DNA of 64,000 bases from an uncultured Nitrospiraceae bacterium (GTDB lineage: Bacteria > Nitrospirota > Nitrospiria > Nitrospirales > Nitrospiraceae), in contig CAVPLT010000001.1 of the NCBI GenBank assembly GCA_963706325.1, forward strand, positions 896,001 to 960,000, written 5' to 3'. Within the stretch, counting starts at the first letter, position 1, and each line of letters begins with the position of its first letter. The notes beneath the pieces are model-generated. The model worked only from the letters and a program-made list of their open reading frames with translations. It did no database searches and was not told the origin of the DNA. The translations under genes and the position numbers were made by a program. Positions 19,724 through 29,565 of the stretch are shown here, in pieces.

Positions 19724-19799
19724 GTCAGGCTCCTTTCTGTGTCACATGGGTTTTCTGGGCCACCCAAGAGACTTTGAAATATTCTACAGGCAGAAGTGC

Positions 19800-19815
19800 A
19801 GCAACAGCCGTGCCA
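19800..19815 (-). promoter_or_regulatory. sigma54 (-24/-12) promoter
   Basis: Minus strand TGGCACG-GCTG-TTGCT, a full consensus match. Confidence 0.8.
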
Positions 19816-19932
19816 TTGTCATCTAAAATCCCTCACACCTCCTTCGTGCAAATATTTTGCGAACTTCTGTCTAGCATGGAGCGGGTCAATCAGTGATTGC
19901 GTCTCATGGCGAGCAGGTGCAGGGGAGAAACT

Positions 19933-19969
19933 GTATCGAATCGGATGCTAGGTGTATCTGATCCGATGC
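19933..19969. promoter_or_regulatory. tandem GTATC-N6-GATAC-like palindromes, 21-bp period
   Basis: GTATC-GAATCG-GATGC (19933-19948) and GTATC-TGATCC-GATGC (19954-19969). Confidence 0.7.
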
Positions 19970-20022
19970 GCGACTGCGCTGGGGAAATTTTAGATATTTG
20001 CGGGAAGAGTCAAGAAACGCTG

Positions 20023-20754
20023 CTAGCTGGGCAAGTACACCCCGGTTTGGTGTAACAGATGATCAAGCATTTGGCGCAAGGTATGCTTGTCATCATCATG
20101 CTCGATCAATTCAAGAAGGCAGGAAATAGCGTCATACCATAAGCCCGACTCAGAGTAGCGATAAATCGCCTCTCTACTGCAAGCGGTCCAAGTGCAGGGC
20201 ATGTCGAGGGCGCAAGCTTCGTCAAATGAAATCCGCTCGATCACTCCGCCTGCCACCACATCTCGGGACGGCCGGTTTGGGTCCACCACCAGCGTCACAA
20301 ACCACCGATAGGCCTCCTGCTCTTTGAACTCGACCCCATACTCACGAGGTCTGGTGCAATGAATACCGGCGCGAACAGGCGACGGAAGCGGTCGTTCAAG
20401 GACGGGACGAATTCCGCGTGAATCGACCACGGTGATGGTCATCGGTCGAGAGGTGTGCATGGATAGGTACCAACAGAGGGCTGGATCATTCTTGATCGTG
20501 AACGCAACATGATCTGGCACCAACGCCGTGAGGTGAGGCTCTTCCAGTTCACCGCCTCTGCTCTGTCCGCCAATACGTGCTCGGTGTTCGAAGTCCTGCC
20601 GCGGTTTATACAGGGGCATGGGAACTTCTGGAGAAGTGACGAGATCGGTTGCGTCACCGTGGGGAAGCGTGACCGGAAAAATGGCGATACCATGCCACGA
20701 GGCCAGCCAAATGGCCGTGACAACGAACATGAGCCTGAGCTTTTTAGATATCAT
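20023..20754 (-). CDS. DUF928-family exported protein
   Basis: Signal/TM segment, RIGGQSRG, LTALVP, PALCWY, YRWFVTL, YSESGLWYDA motifs. Confidence 0.8.
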   Translation of the reverse strand: MISKKLRLMFVVTAIWLASWHGIAIFPVTLPHGDATDLVTSPEVPMPLYKPRQDFEHRARIGGQSRGGELEEPHLTALVPDHVAFTIKNDPALCWYLSMHTSRPMTITVVDSRGIRPVLERPLPSPVRAGIHCTRPREYGVEFKEQEAYRWFVTLVVDPNRPSRDVVAGGVIERISFDEACALDMPCTWTACSREAIYRYSESGLWYDAISCLLELIEHDDDKHTLRQMLDHLLHQTGVYLPS

Positions 20755-20796
20755 CTTCTCGTTCCCGGACCTGTTGAAGCGACGGACTATCAAATC

Positions 20797-21531
20797 TCAC
20801 TCGTGCCGGAGCGCATGAGCCTGCGCCAGATCCCACTCAGCCACTTCATGGAGGCCAACTTGCTTAAGCAAGGCGGCGCGCTGCTTGCGCAGACCCGTAT
20901 CGGCGGGGTCGGCATCAATGAGCTCGCATAAACAGGCCATGGCATCGTACCAAAAACCCTTCGCGGCGCTCATCGCCACAGCCTCAGCCGTGCAGGTCGT
21001 GATGGCACCCAACATCACGCATTCGCTGAACTCGCACCGCTCAATCATTCCCCCCGTCACGATATCGCGTGAGGGCGAGTCCGCGTCTTTGATGACGGAG
21101 ATATACCAGCGGTATTGAACGTTGGTCTGCAGGGCGAAGCCCAGGTCATCGAGTTTGATGGCGTGCACGCCGGCCTGCTTCGGCGCCGCAATGGACTGCT
21201 CAACCAGCCCGCGAATCGATCGCTCGTCGATCAAGGTGAATCTTATCGGTAACGAGGTGTGACTGGAGAGAAACCAATTCAGTGCCGGGTGTTGTTTGGC
21301 GGTGAAGCCGACGTGGTCAGGCACGAGTGCCGCGACTGCGGGGTCTTCCCTGCTGCTACCTCTTAAGGTTCCGCCGATGCGTGCCCTGGGCGTGACCTGC
21401 TGAGGCGCATTGTACACCGGTAATTCGGGCCGTACTTCAGATACTCCGCCACTAGGGTTTACCAGCAGAGCGGCGAGCAGCACCGCCCCGCCTATCCCCC
21501 GGGCTAAGCAGCAATATCTCCAGGTTGACAT
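20797..21531 (-). CDS. DUF928-family exported protein (paralog)
   Basis: RARIGGTLRG, AALVPDH, YRWYISV, GFWYDA, LLKQVGL; clear paralog of the adjacent gene. Confidence 0.82.
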   Translation of the reverse strand: MSTWRYCCLARGIGGAVLLAALLVNPSGGVSEVRPELPVYNAPQQVTPRARIGGTLRGSSREDPAVAALVPDHVGFTAKQHPALNWFLSSHTSLPIRFTLIDERSIRGLVEQSIAAPKQAGVHAIKLDDLGFALQTNVQYRWYISVIKDADSPSRDIVTGGMIERCEFSECVMLGAITTCTAEAVAMSAAKGFWYDAMACLCELIDADPADTGLRKQRAALLKQVGLHEVAEWDLAQAHALRHE

Positions 21532-21640
21532 GGTGTCACCCTCTTCTCATGGGCGTCAGTAGGCTGCGGAACAACTCTGTTGCGATGCCGGCAATTCAAC
21601 CGCTGGCCCGTCTAGCACAATAGAAGAAATATCTCCGACG

Positions 21641-21805
21641 AAGCTCAAAAGGCCGCTAGCAGGGCCGCAATCAACGAACAGGCGACGCATCACATTCTTA
21701 TCAGCCAGGCGAAGAGCCTCCCAACCAGGTTCTTTTCCCCGGGCGGCACGTGAAGCCTCTGAAAAAAAACGAGAACGCCGCGCTGAATTTTCAGCCTCCT
21801 GTTAG
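21641..21805. repeat. degenerate, inverted copy of the 5141-5262 element family
   Basis: GCTCAAAAGGCCG...GGCCGCA...GAAGCCTCTG...CGAGAAC...TTTTCAGCCTCCTG resembles the reverse complement of the element after lolA; it overlaps the CHAT gene stop. Confidence 0.5.
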
Positions 21806-24144
21806 AGCCAATTGTTCAATAATAGAAATGCCGACCAATAAGCTGGATGTTCATAGAGCCCCTCCGACAGTAGCTTCAGCTGTGCAAGCTGCAAAGCACG
21901 TGCCTTTGATATCGAGGTGTCATGCAGTTGACGATAAAATTCTGACACCAGTTCCGACGACGCTTCATCGTTGATGAACCAAAGCGTGGCAAGGGCACTC
22001 CGAGCTCCCGCCTTCACCGCAACGCCGGCTAGCCCAAGTGCGGCACGGTCGTCCCCGATGCCGGTCTGACAGGCGCTCAAGGTGAGGAGTTCCAAAGGAT
22101 CTTGGCGAAAGCGAAACATGCCCACCAGCTGCTCTAACTGCGTCATGGTCAGTTTATCGTCGAATGTCAGCAAAAATGATTGGTTGACGTCCGTGGCGAA
22201 CTGGCCATGGGTGGCGATATGAAGGATAGTGTAACGGCCATCTTTCAACTCTGCTTCTATCCGTGGCGCGACGAAATTTGTGTCGAGCAGTTCCTCGCCC
22301 TTAAACAGCGAGTGAATATATCCGACTTCCTCAGCGACATGTGGCAGAGGAGGGAAACCCTGCACGGCTTTCGTCAGCCCACTGGACAGGAGTTGGACTC
22401 TGGCTCGATTGATGGGTTGAGGATCAGTCAAATCGAGGCCGGGAGTCATCGCGACGGCGTATTGCGCGATGAGGAATTGGTGGCCGTCATGTAGCGCCGA
22501 CATGGGGATGGTGCGGAGCGGGCCATCCGGTACAAAGACCAATGTGGTGACGTGGAGTCGGCGAAGGTCATTTTCAAGGGGCCGTACCAACCAGTCATAT
22601 AACCGGTTGGCATGGGGCAAGTACTCGCGAGTGGTCCGCTTTTCGAGCATGCGCCGGAAGCTGCGTATCTCCTCAGTCAGCGCTGACGCCGTCACCGGAA
22701 TGGAATGCCGTTTGAGGCCGTCAGGGAAGCTCACCAGCAGTTCGGTGCGATCGCCGAAGATGATCGGGTAAATGATGGCCGTGGAAGGAGAGACGGCATC
22801 CAGCTTGGTAATGCGAGCCTGCATCTGGTCGACGCAGTCATCCCGGAAATAATCCCGAAGCTCGGCCGCCTTGTAAGCCTCAATCGAATCGCGCGCCGCC
22901 TTCAAATAGGGTTCGGCCTGCAGGTCGTCACCCATCAAGGCCGCACGCTGCAACAGCAGATCGGCCGATTCAAAGTACAGTGAGCGGATGGACTGTTGAC
23001 CTGGCTCCAGAGAGGTTTGGGAAGCGAAGGTGACTTCAGCTCGAATCGGTTGCAAGGTGACCGCCGCTTCCTGATAGGCCGACAAGGCATCATCGAGCTT
23101 GCCCAGGCGCGTGAGTAGACGGCCGCTTTGCCACTGCCAACGGTACAGCGATTCGGGTGCGCGAGCTGACTGCGCGGAAAAAATGGCTCGCCGAGTGAGC
23201 TGCAGGGCTTCATCCAAGCGGCGTTCTTGCTCGTAGAGATGTCCGAGGTGTCCATACGCATAAGAGGCCAGGCGTGCACCGCCGGGCGTATCCGCCATCG
23301 CGGCTGCCTCTTGCAGCAGGGTCGCAGCCTGTCTCAGCGAGCGGTCATGAGAGTCCGGCTGAACCGATGCCAGGTCACGATATCCTAAGGCCAGGTTGAC
23401 GAGCCCATCGGCCTTGTCGTGCGAGGCCGGCGCCGGGGAAAGAATTCCGCCGGCGTCATTCAAGGCCGCCGCCGCCTCCTCAAATCGTTTCAATTGAATG
23501 GCCACACGCGCAGCGTTGACACGGGCGCGAACGGCAAGGGCGGGCAGGTTTTCGTCCCGCGCACGCGTGGCGCTGTCTTGAAACGCGGTCAGCGCTTCAG
23601 GGAGCTGGCCCTGTAACGCCCGGACAATACCGAGATCATTTTGCAGCGCCGCCGACAGCGCCCCGAAATTCTGTGACTGCGCAATGACGGCCGCCTGTGA
23701 CAGATAGTCTGAGGCGGTGTCGTATTGATGGCTTGCCACATAGGTTTTGCCAAGCTCCGAAAGTGTCACCGTCAGCCATTTGGGGTCGTCAATCTTGCGC
23801 GCGAGATTCATGGCCAATTCCTGATGCAGGAAGGCCTGGTTGAGGTGGCCCAAGGTGCGGGCGGCGTAGGCGGCATAGGAAAGCGCCTGGATATGATTCT
23901 TGGCCTGGCCGGCCTGGTCGTACAGTTGCGCAGCCTCTTTCCAGGCCACGAGTGCTTCCTCCATCGACCCTTGTTGCGCGGCCGAGTGTCCCCGTTGCAT
24001 GAGCTCGTCGGCCGTAGGCGTGGTTTCCGCCCTGAGCGTACTCACACAGGCGAGCAGGAATATGATGCATAGGACGAATGCCTTGGGGATTTTGGCGCGA
24101 GCCCTCGCGGCCATTGGAACTCGGCTCTCCAGCGGTGTTCTCAT
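21802..24144 (-). CDS. TPR-CHAT domain (caspase-like) protease with signal peptide
   Basis: TPR repeats, FVPDGPL, LHIATHG (catalytic His), LTLSACQTG (catalytic Cys), HPAYWSAF..NNWL; N-terminal hydrophobic signal. Confidence 0.93.
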   Translation of the reverse strand: MRTPLESRVPMAARARAKIPKAFVLCIIFLLACVSTLRAETTPTADELMQRGHSAAQQGSMEEALVAWKEAAQLYDQAGQAKNHIQALSYAAYAARTLGHLNQAFLHQELAMNLARKIDDPKWLTVTLSELGKTYVASHQYDTASDYLSQAAVIAQSQNFGALSAALQNDLGIVRALQGQLPEALTAFQDSATRARDENLPALAVRARVNAARVAIQLKRFEEAAAALNDAGGILSPAPASHDKADGLVNLALGYRDLASVQPDSHDRSLRQAATLLQEAAAMADTPGGARLASYAYGHLGHLYEQERRLDEALQLTRRAIFSAQSARAPESLYRWQWQSGRLLTRLGKLDDALSAYQEAAVTLQPIRAEVTFASQTSLEPGQQSIRSLYFESADLLLQRAALMGDDLQAEPYLKAARDSIEAYKAAELRDYFRDDCVDQMQARITKLDAVSPSTAIIYPIIFGDRTELLVSFPDGLKRHSIPVTASALTEEIRSFRRMLEKRTTREYLPHANRLYDWLVRPLENDLRRLHVTTLVFVPDGPLRTIPMSALHDGHQFLIAQYAVAMTPGLDLTDPQPINRARVQLLSSGLTKAVQGFPPLPHVAEEVGYIHSLFKGEELLDTNFVAPRIEAELKDGRYTILHIATHGQFATDVNQSFLLTFDDKLTMTQLEQLVGMFRFRQDPLELLTLSACQTGIGDDRAALGLAGVAVKAGARSALATLWFINDEASSELVSEFYRQLHDTSISKARALQLAQLKLLSEGLYEHPAYWSAFLLLNNWL

Positions 24145-25907
24145 TTAGAAAACCTGCGCGACAAGTTGAAGATGGATACCATAATCCTGCAGATTGCCTT
24201 CACCGCTCCGTACGTGATTAAGTTGCTGGCCCCAGTATATTTCAAATCGCGCGCGTTCTTGGGGCAGGATCATCCATCGTACTCCCACACCGACGCTGGC
24301 CAAGGTTTGCAAATCGGGCGTGGGGCCTTTCGCGCTCCAAGCATGTCCGAAATCGACGAATTGTGCAAACTGCAGTCGGTCTTCACCGGATGCAAAGCGC
24401 AATAATGGAAATCGTGATTCAACTGAAGCCAATACGGCATCATCACGCACGAGGGTATTTTCCCGATAGCCGCGCACGGTGAAGCGTCCGCCGACGGGCA
24501 TTTGTTCTAGGGGAAAGAGCCGGTCGCTCGCCATTTGCGCAGCCACACGACCTAATAGCTGAACGCCCCACCAATCATCTAGTCGCTTCACCACTTGCGC
24601 CTGACCCAGCCAGGAGACAAATTGACCGTCGGGTAGAGGTCCATTGTTGATCGTGGCCCCCAGGACGTTCAGGCCGACGCTTACGCGCGAGAGAGCCGCG
24701 AAGACAAAAGATGGAGATCGATGCGTATATTCCTGGCTGAATCGGAGCGCGCTGACGGTAGCCACGCCGGTCGTGGAAGAGCCTGGAATGAACAGCGATG
24801 GGAGCCCGGGGGCGTCGAACGCCGACGTCGTCTTCAGATACAAATGCTCGCCGGTGAGGGCCAGGGCAAACTCGTCGCTGACAGTACGGTACACAGGCTG
24901 GCGCAATGTAAGGCCGATGACTTCGGAATCCACGTTTAGATCCAAGGAGCGAAAAGGATTCTCGACCACCAGGAAGTCATTGCGCCGATAGTTGGCGGTA
25001 AGGGTCGTCTCGTAGGAATTGAGCGGCAGACTATAGGACGTATCGATGATGGGGTTGACGCCGCGTGACCGTCCGTAGGTGAACGAAAATGGATCGCCAT
25101 GACCCGTCACGTTCTGGTGCGCCACCGTCGCTAGGCCCCGCTCAGCTCCGACGACCGGGGTTTGATAGTTATTGAAATCCAGCCAGGCCCTTTAAAGGGG
25201 TTGGCGTCCTTCACGCGCACATTCAGGACGCTTTCACCCCGGATGTCGCCCGGTTTGAGCTCGGCATTGATGCGTTCGATACGAGGATCCTGTTGCAGCA
25301 ATTGAATCCGTTCTTGGAGCGGCTGGATGCTAAGGGGAGTGGACACACCGCGCGCGACACGATCGCGCAGATACGAACTGCGAAACCATTGGTTGCCCTC
25401 CACATCGATGCGCGCGAGTTTGCCTTCAACCATCTGAATGACCACGAGCCCCATCCTGACATCTTGATCGGGAATGATGGCGCCGGAGGTAAGATATCCT
25501 CTATTGACGTACAAGAGGGTGAGCGCGAGACGAAGCCGTTCCAGGTCATCGCTGGTCACTTCACGGTTACGATAGGGAGCGGTGACTTCAGCGAGTTCCG
25601 CGTCCGAAAAGACGGTGCTCCCGGTCACGTGGATGTCATGCACAAATATCCGGATATTTCCCAAACGATTGTCGGCCGGTTTTTGAGGGGTGGTCGGCAC
25701 TTCCGGAAGTATCGAGCTCGGTGGTTCTGTCAGCGGAGCTTTGAACTCCTCCTTGAAGGGGGCAGGCGGTTTTCCCGATTTGCCGGTCGGGTCAAAAATC
25801 GGCGGGAGCGTGGGCGCCACCTGAGCAAGGGCTGGACCTTCGAGGAGCCAGAGGCTCATTAAAAGGCCAACGCACAGAGCCCGGCTATAGAAGATGCTCA
25901 AAGGCAT
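24145..25907 (-). CDS. TpsB (ShlB/FhaC/HecB) two-partner secretion transporter, frameshifted near 25190
   Basis: POTRA domains (YVNRGYLTSGAIIPDQ...VEGKL), barrel GGRFTVRGYRE motif, C-terminal Phe; frames join as FK-AWLDFNNYQTPVVGAERG across TTTAAAGGGCC. Confidence 0.88.
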
Positions 25908-25942
25908 TCATTAACCTGTTCGTCGGTGTGCCGGCTCACCTG

Positions 25943-28900
25943 TCATGATCGACAGCCTGCCGTCCAATCGTGTATGCCTCGTTGGAATAGAGGATTCAGC
26001 TGTTCGATCCACGGTTCCGCTAGCGCTTGTCCCTGTCTCAAGGGATAGAGGGAGTCGCCGCCGACTGGAGAGGGTTGCAGAGAAGGCGTATCGTCTGCCA
26101 TCCATGTCATGGGGCTCATCTGCCATCCACCCGGTTCTGCGGGCAATGAATCCCGGCCCGCGATCACGAGGCTGCTCATGTGGCCATTCACCTGGGCAGC
26201 ACAGCGTTGTCGCATGAGTTGCTGCGCTTGCAGCGGTTGTTGCGGCAATGTGGTCAAGGTGTTACTGAGGCTCGACAGGGGCGATTGAATGTTCACGGCG
26301 CCGCTCAATCCGAATTGCGACGAGGCGCTCACGACGCTGCTTTGATCGGCGAGAAACGTGCCCGCAATGATGTTGATGTTTCCGCCTGACCCCTGCACCG
26401 CTTGCGCGAGCACCTGGCTGTTTTGCAGCGTGACGACGGCTGGGTCGAGGGTAATGTTTCCGCCGGAGGTGTTGGGGCCGCCCTGGACGGAGGTGCTGAG
26501 CTGGCTGTTGACGAGTCGGATTGAGTCGGTGGCCTGGATGAAAATATTGCCGCCGCTCGCCTGGTTCGCTTCCGTCGTGATGGACGAGTTTTGGCTTAGG
26601 AATTGCGGGCCGGCGTTGATGGCAATGTTACCGGCGTTGCCCAAATCGGTACTACTGGCGGAAATGGCCGCTCCGTCGCTCATGGTGACCTGGTCTTGCG
26701 CCTTGATGAAGATGCTCCCACCGCTCTGAGTACCTCGAGACAGGGCCGACACTCGACCTCCCTGCATCAGAAAAGTTCCGGTGGTCAGATCGATATTGCC
26801 CCCTTGCTCCTGCAGGTTGATGGACTGCGGTCTCACATCCGTCACGTTGGCCGAAATAGTGGAGTCGTGCAGTTCGACGGGGCCTCTGACGTTCAGAACG
26901 ATCTTTCCGCCGAGCGCATCGATATTGGTGTCCGTGAGCAGATCAGTTCCGGTGAGATTCACGGAAGTCCCGGGTGTTAAGGGTGCATCTCCCCGCGCCG
27001 GTGGCCTTCGCCCACTGATAGTGATCATCCCCGCACCGCCGCTGCCCGTACTGCTGCTGGAGATGACCACGCGAGCAGGATTATCGGGGTTTAATATTAT
27101 CGGCGAACCCAGAGTCCCTCCTGGCCCAGTTCCAGGCCGGGTGGTCAACTCATCGACTTGCAACTGAATGGTGCTGCCGATACGACTACCCCGGGTGGGT
27201 GCAATGATCCCGCCGCCGGTGATATCCAAGCTTTTCGCGGCGAGGAGAGTGCTGCCCTGGACGCTTCTGCCATCCGAGTTCACGGGGCCCCTTTCGCCCG
27301 CGCCGACGACGTCGATCAGATCACCTGCGCGGGTCCGGACATTGGACACATCGTTGGCTCGCGAGTTCAGGATCGTATGGTCAAGGGTGATGTTGCCGGA
27401 CCTGATTCTGAGATAGCCGGGAAGCCCGGAATGGAGAGCTTCGACCGTGACCTCTGAATTGACGAGATGGACTGTGCCTGTCGGTTTATCAGGGTAAAGG
27501 GTGTCCCAAATGGCGCCTTCGGTGAAATAGTGATCCCCGATGATTTTCGTGAGGCCTGCCTGAGCCCTCCCTCGACTGGTGTTGGTAATAAACGAATTGT
27601 TGGCGGTCACCGAGTTATCAGCCCGCAACCAAATCTCCCCTGCGGTTGGTCCTCCCTGGCACGTAGGGCACGTGCCGATATCCGACACCAGCGCGTCAGC
27701 CTTGACCGTGCTGTCATTCAGGACGATATCCGATGACATAATATCGATGTTACTCAGCCCCTGATATCGCGCGGGTTGACCGTTGGGTTTCGTCCCGTCC
27801 AGGTCGAAGTCTTGCGTCGCGACTGAAACGGTCGTGTCCGTCAACGATACCCGCTCTTGCCCTCGGAGAATTACTTTTCCGCCGGGGGCATTGCTTGTGG
27901 CTTGAGAATGAAGATCCGTACCTTGAAGGTCTATCCGACGGGAAAAATACATGGTCAGCGGATCGGTGCGCCCCAGCTCGGGCGTGAGAATAAAGGAGTA
28001 GTTTCGCGTCACGCTATGCGCGGCATCATGAAGACCTTGGATGGTAATATCGCCCGCTTGCCCGCCGAAACATTGGCTGCCACAGTTGCTGTCACTAGAA
28101 AAAAGAACACGTCCATCAGGTCCCGCGTGCGTCCTCAATGTATTCACATTCAAGGTGATCGCCCCGGCATCCGCCCCGCCGGTGGTGTCGGCCCTCAAGG
28201 AGGTCCCGTTCGCCAGCTCAACCTGTTGCGCCGTGATGACAATGTTGCCGGGGGCCACAGCTGGATCGGCGGTATTGGTGACGCCCGTCTCGATATGGGT
28301 GTTGCTCAGCCTGACCGCGTCAGCCGGTTCCCCTGCTTTTCCCCGAATGGCAATGGACCCAGCTCCGCCCTGGCCCGTGCTGGTACTGGCAATGGTCACT
28401 GGTAAAGCGCCGTTGAGAGCAATGCCGGCCGATCCGACATTGCTGCGGAAGGTGCCCGCCTCAAAGCTGATATCACCGGCCGTTCCGCCGGTGGTGGATG
28501 CGACGACGTTCGATCCATGCGAGAGGGTCACCTCCTCCGCTAGGACAGAAATACCCCCTGTTGCCGGAGCAGAGGGTGCTGCGTTCGGTGAGGTGGCCGT
28601 TGTGCTCGCCTCAAGACGAGCATTGTCCATGGTGAATTGTCCACCGCGGATTGCAATGCGCCCCGCAGTCGGTCCGCTCGTGTTCATCACACTTCCTTGA
28701 ACGAGCGAAATACTTCCCAGCGATGTGAAGCCGCTCAGCATAGACTCCCCGAGAGCCGCTGATGCTGTCGCCGACACTTCGCCGGCCGACGCGACCGCAA
28801 CCAGGGTGACCTGTCCACCCGGAGCGGCAAGCTGTGCCGGTTGGTCCGTGGTATGTTCGAGGACTCCACCGTGAGCGGTCAGATTGCCTCCCACCAAGGA

Positions 28901-29527
28901 CATGCCCTGCCCTTCCGAGACCGCCAGTTGGCCGCCCTGCAGGGTGATGGCCCCGGGGTTTGAGCCCAAGAATCCGAAGGCCGCTACCGGCGCACTCGTG
29001 ATCGAGGCGTCGAGCGATCCTGGAATCGCATTGAACCTGGCTCCATCTGCGAGGCGAAGATAATCAGCCGTTGTAAAACTGACCGATCCTCCGACATTTA
29101 ACGAAGCATTGGGTCCGAACACGATCCCGGCCGGGTTCATCAAAAACAAATTGGCGCTCGCAAAGCCAGTGGTTTGAATGGTCCCGAAGATGTTCGATGG
29201 ATTTCCGCCGGTGACACGGCCCAGAACATTCGACGTGCCGAGCCCCGAGTCGTTGAGAAAATTGGCCACGTTACTCGTGGGTACGCCGAATTCGCCGAAG
29301 CTGTGAAACAGGTTCGGACCGCTGCCAGGACGAGTGCCGCCGGTGATGTCATACACGTTGCCGCTTTTCGTGACGGTCGTATTCAGCCCCGACGAAGTGA
29401 TGGGCGCGGGCGCCTGGGCGCCCGCGCTATCCGGTAGACAAGGCGGGATCAGCCAACAGGCGAGCAGCACAGCAGAAAGATGTGGGCAACACTTATGGCT
29501 AGAACCAGTCAGAAGGCTGGTGAGCAT
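25943..29527 (-). CDS. TpsA / filamentous-haemagglutinin N-terminal domain exoprotein 1
   Basis: Signal peptide, TPS domain (NLFHSFGEF, LMNPAGIVFGPNASLNVGGS), beta-helix G-N-I repeats, conserved C-terminal module, ends TAGCRS. Confidence 0.9.
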   Translation of the reverse strand: MLTSLLTGSSHKCCPHLSAVLLACWLIPPCLPDSAGAQAPAPITSSGLNTTVTKSGNVYDITGGTRPGSGPNLFHSFGEFGVPTSNVANFLNDSGLGTSNVLGRVTGGNPSNIFGTIQTTGFASANLFLMNPAGIVFGPNASLNVGGSVSFTTADYLRLADGARFNAIPGSLDASITSAPVAAFGFLGSNPGAITLQGGQLAVSEGQGMSLVGGNLTAHGGVLEHTTDQPAQLAAPGGQVTLVAVASAGEVSATASAALGESMLSGFTSLGSISLVQGSVMNTSGPTAGRIAIRGGQFTMDNARLEASTTATSPNAAPSAPATGGISVLAEEVTLSHGSNVVASTTGGTAGDISFEAGTFRSNVGSAGIALNGALPVTIASTSTGQGGAGSIAIRGKAGEPADAVRLSNTHIETGVTNTADPAVAPGNIVITAQQVELANGTSLRADTTGGADAGAITLNVNTLRTHAGPDGRVLFSSDSNCGSQCFGGQAGDITIQGLHDAAHSVTRNYSFILTPELGRTDPLTMYFSRRIDLQGTDLHSQATSNAPGGKVILRGQERVSLTDTTVSVATQDFDLDGTKPNGQPARYQGLSNIDIMSSDIVLNDSTVKADALVSDIGTCPTCQGGPTAGEIWLRADNSVTANNSFITNTSRGRAQAGLTKIIGDHYFTEGAIWDTLYPDKPTGTVHLVNSEVTVEALHSGLPGYLRIRSGNITLDHTILNSRANDVSNVRTRAGDLIDVVGAGERGPVNSDGRSVQGSTLLAAKSLDITGGGIIAPTRGSRIGSTIQLQVDELTTRPGTGPGGTLGSPIILNPDNPARVVISSSSTGSGGAGMITISGRRPPARGDAPLTPGTSVNLTGTDLLTDTNIDALGGKIVLNVRGPVELHDSTISANVTDVRPQSINLQEQGGNIDLTTGTFLMQGGRVSALSRGTQSGGSIFIKAQDQVTMSDGAAISASSTDLGNAGNIAINAGPQFLSQNSSITTEANQASGGNIFIQATDSIRLVNSQLSTSVQGGPNTSGGNITLDPAVVTLQNSQVLAQAVQGSGGNINIIAGTFLADQSSVVSASSQFGLSGAVNIQSPLSSLSNTLTTLPQQPLQAQQLMRQRCAAQVNGHMSSLVIAGRDSLPAEPGGWQMSPMTWMADDTPSLQPSPVGGDSLYPLRQGQALAEPWIEQLNPLFQRGIHDWTAGCRS

Positions 29528-29565
29528 AGGGCCTTTCTCATCAGTCACACGTCTGCGTGCCGCTG

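Noticed and set aside
19207..19969. CRISPR-like or iteron interpretation of the 21-bp-period repeats
   Set aside because: Only two units per site, no spacers, no cas or rep genes; the position relative to sigma54 motifs explains them better.
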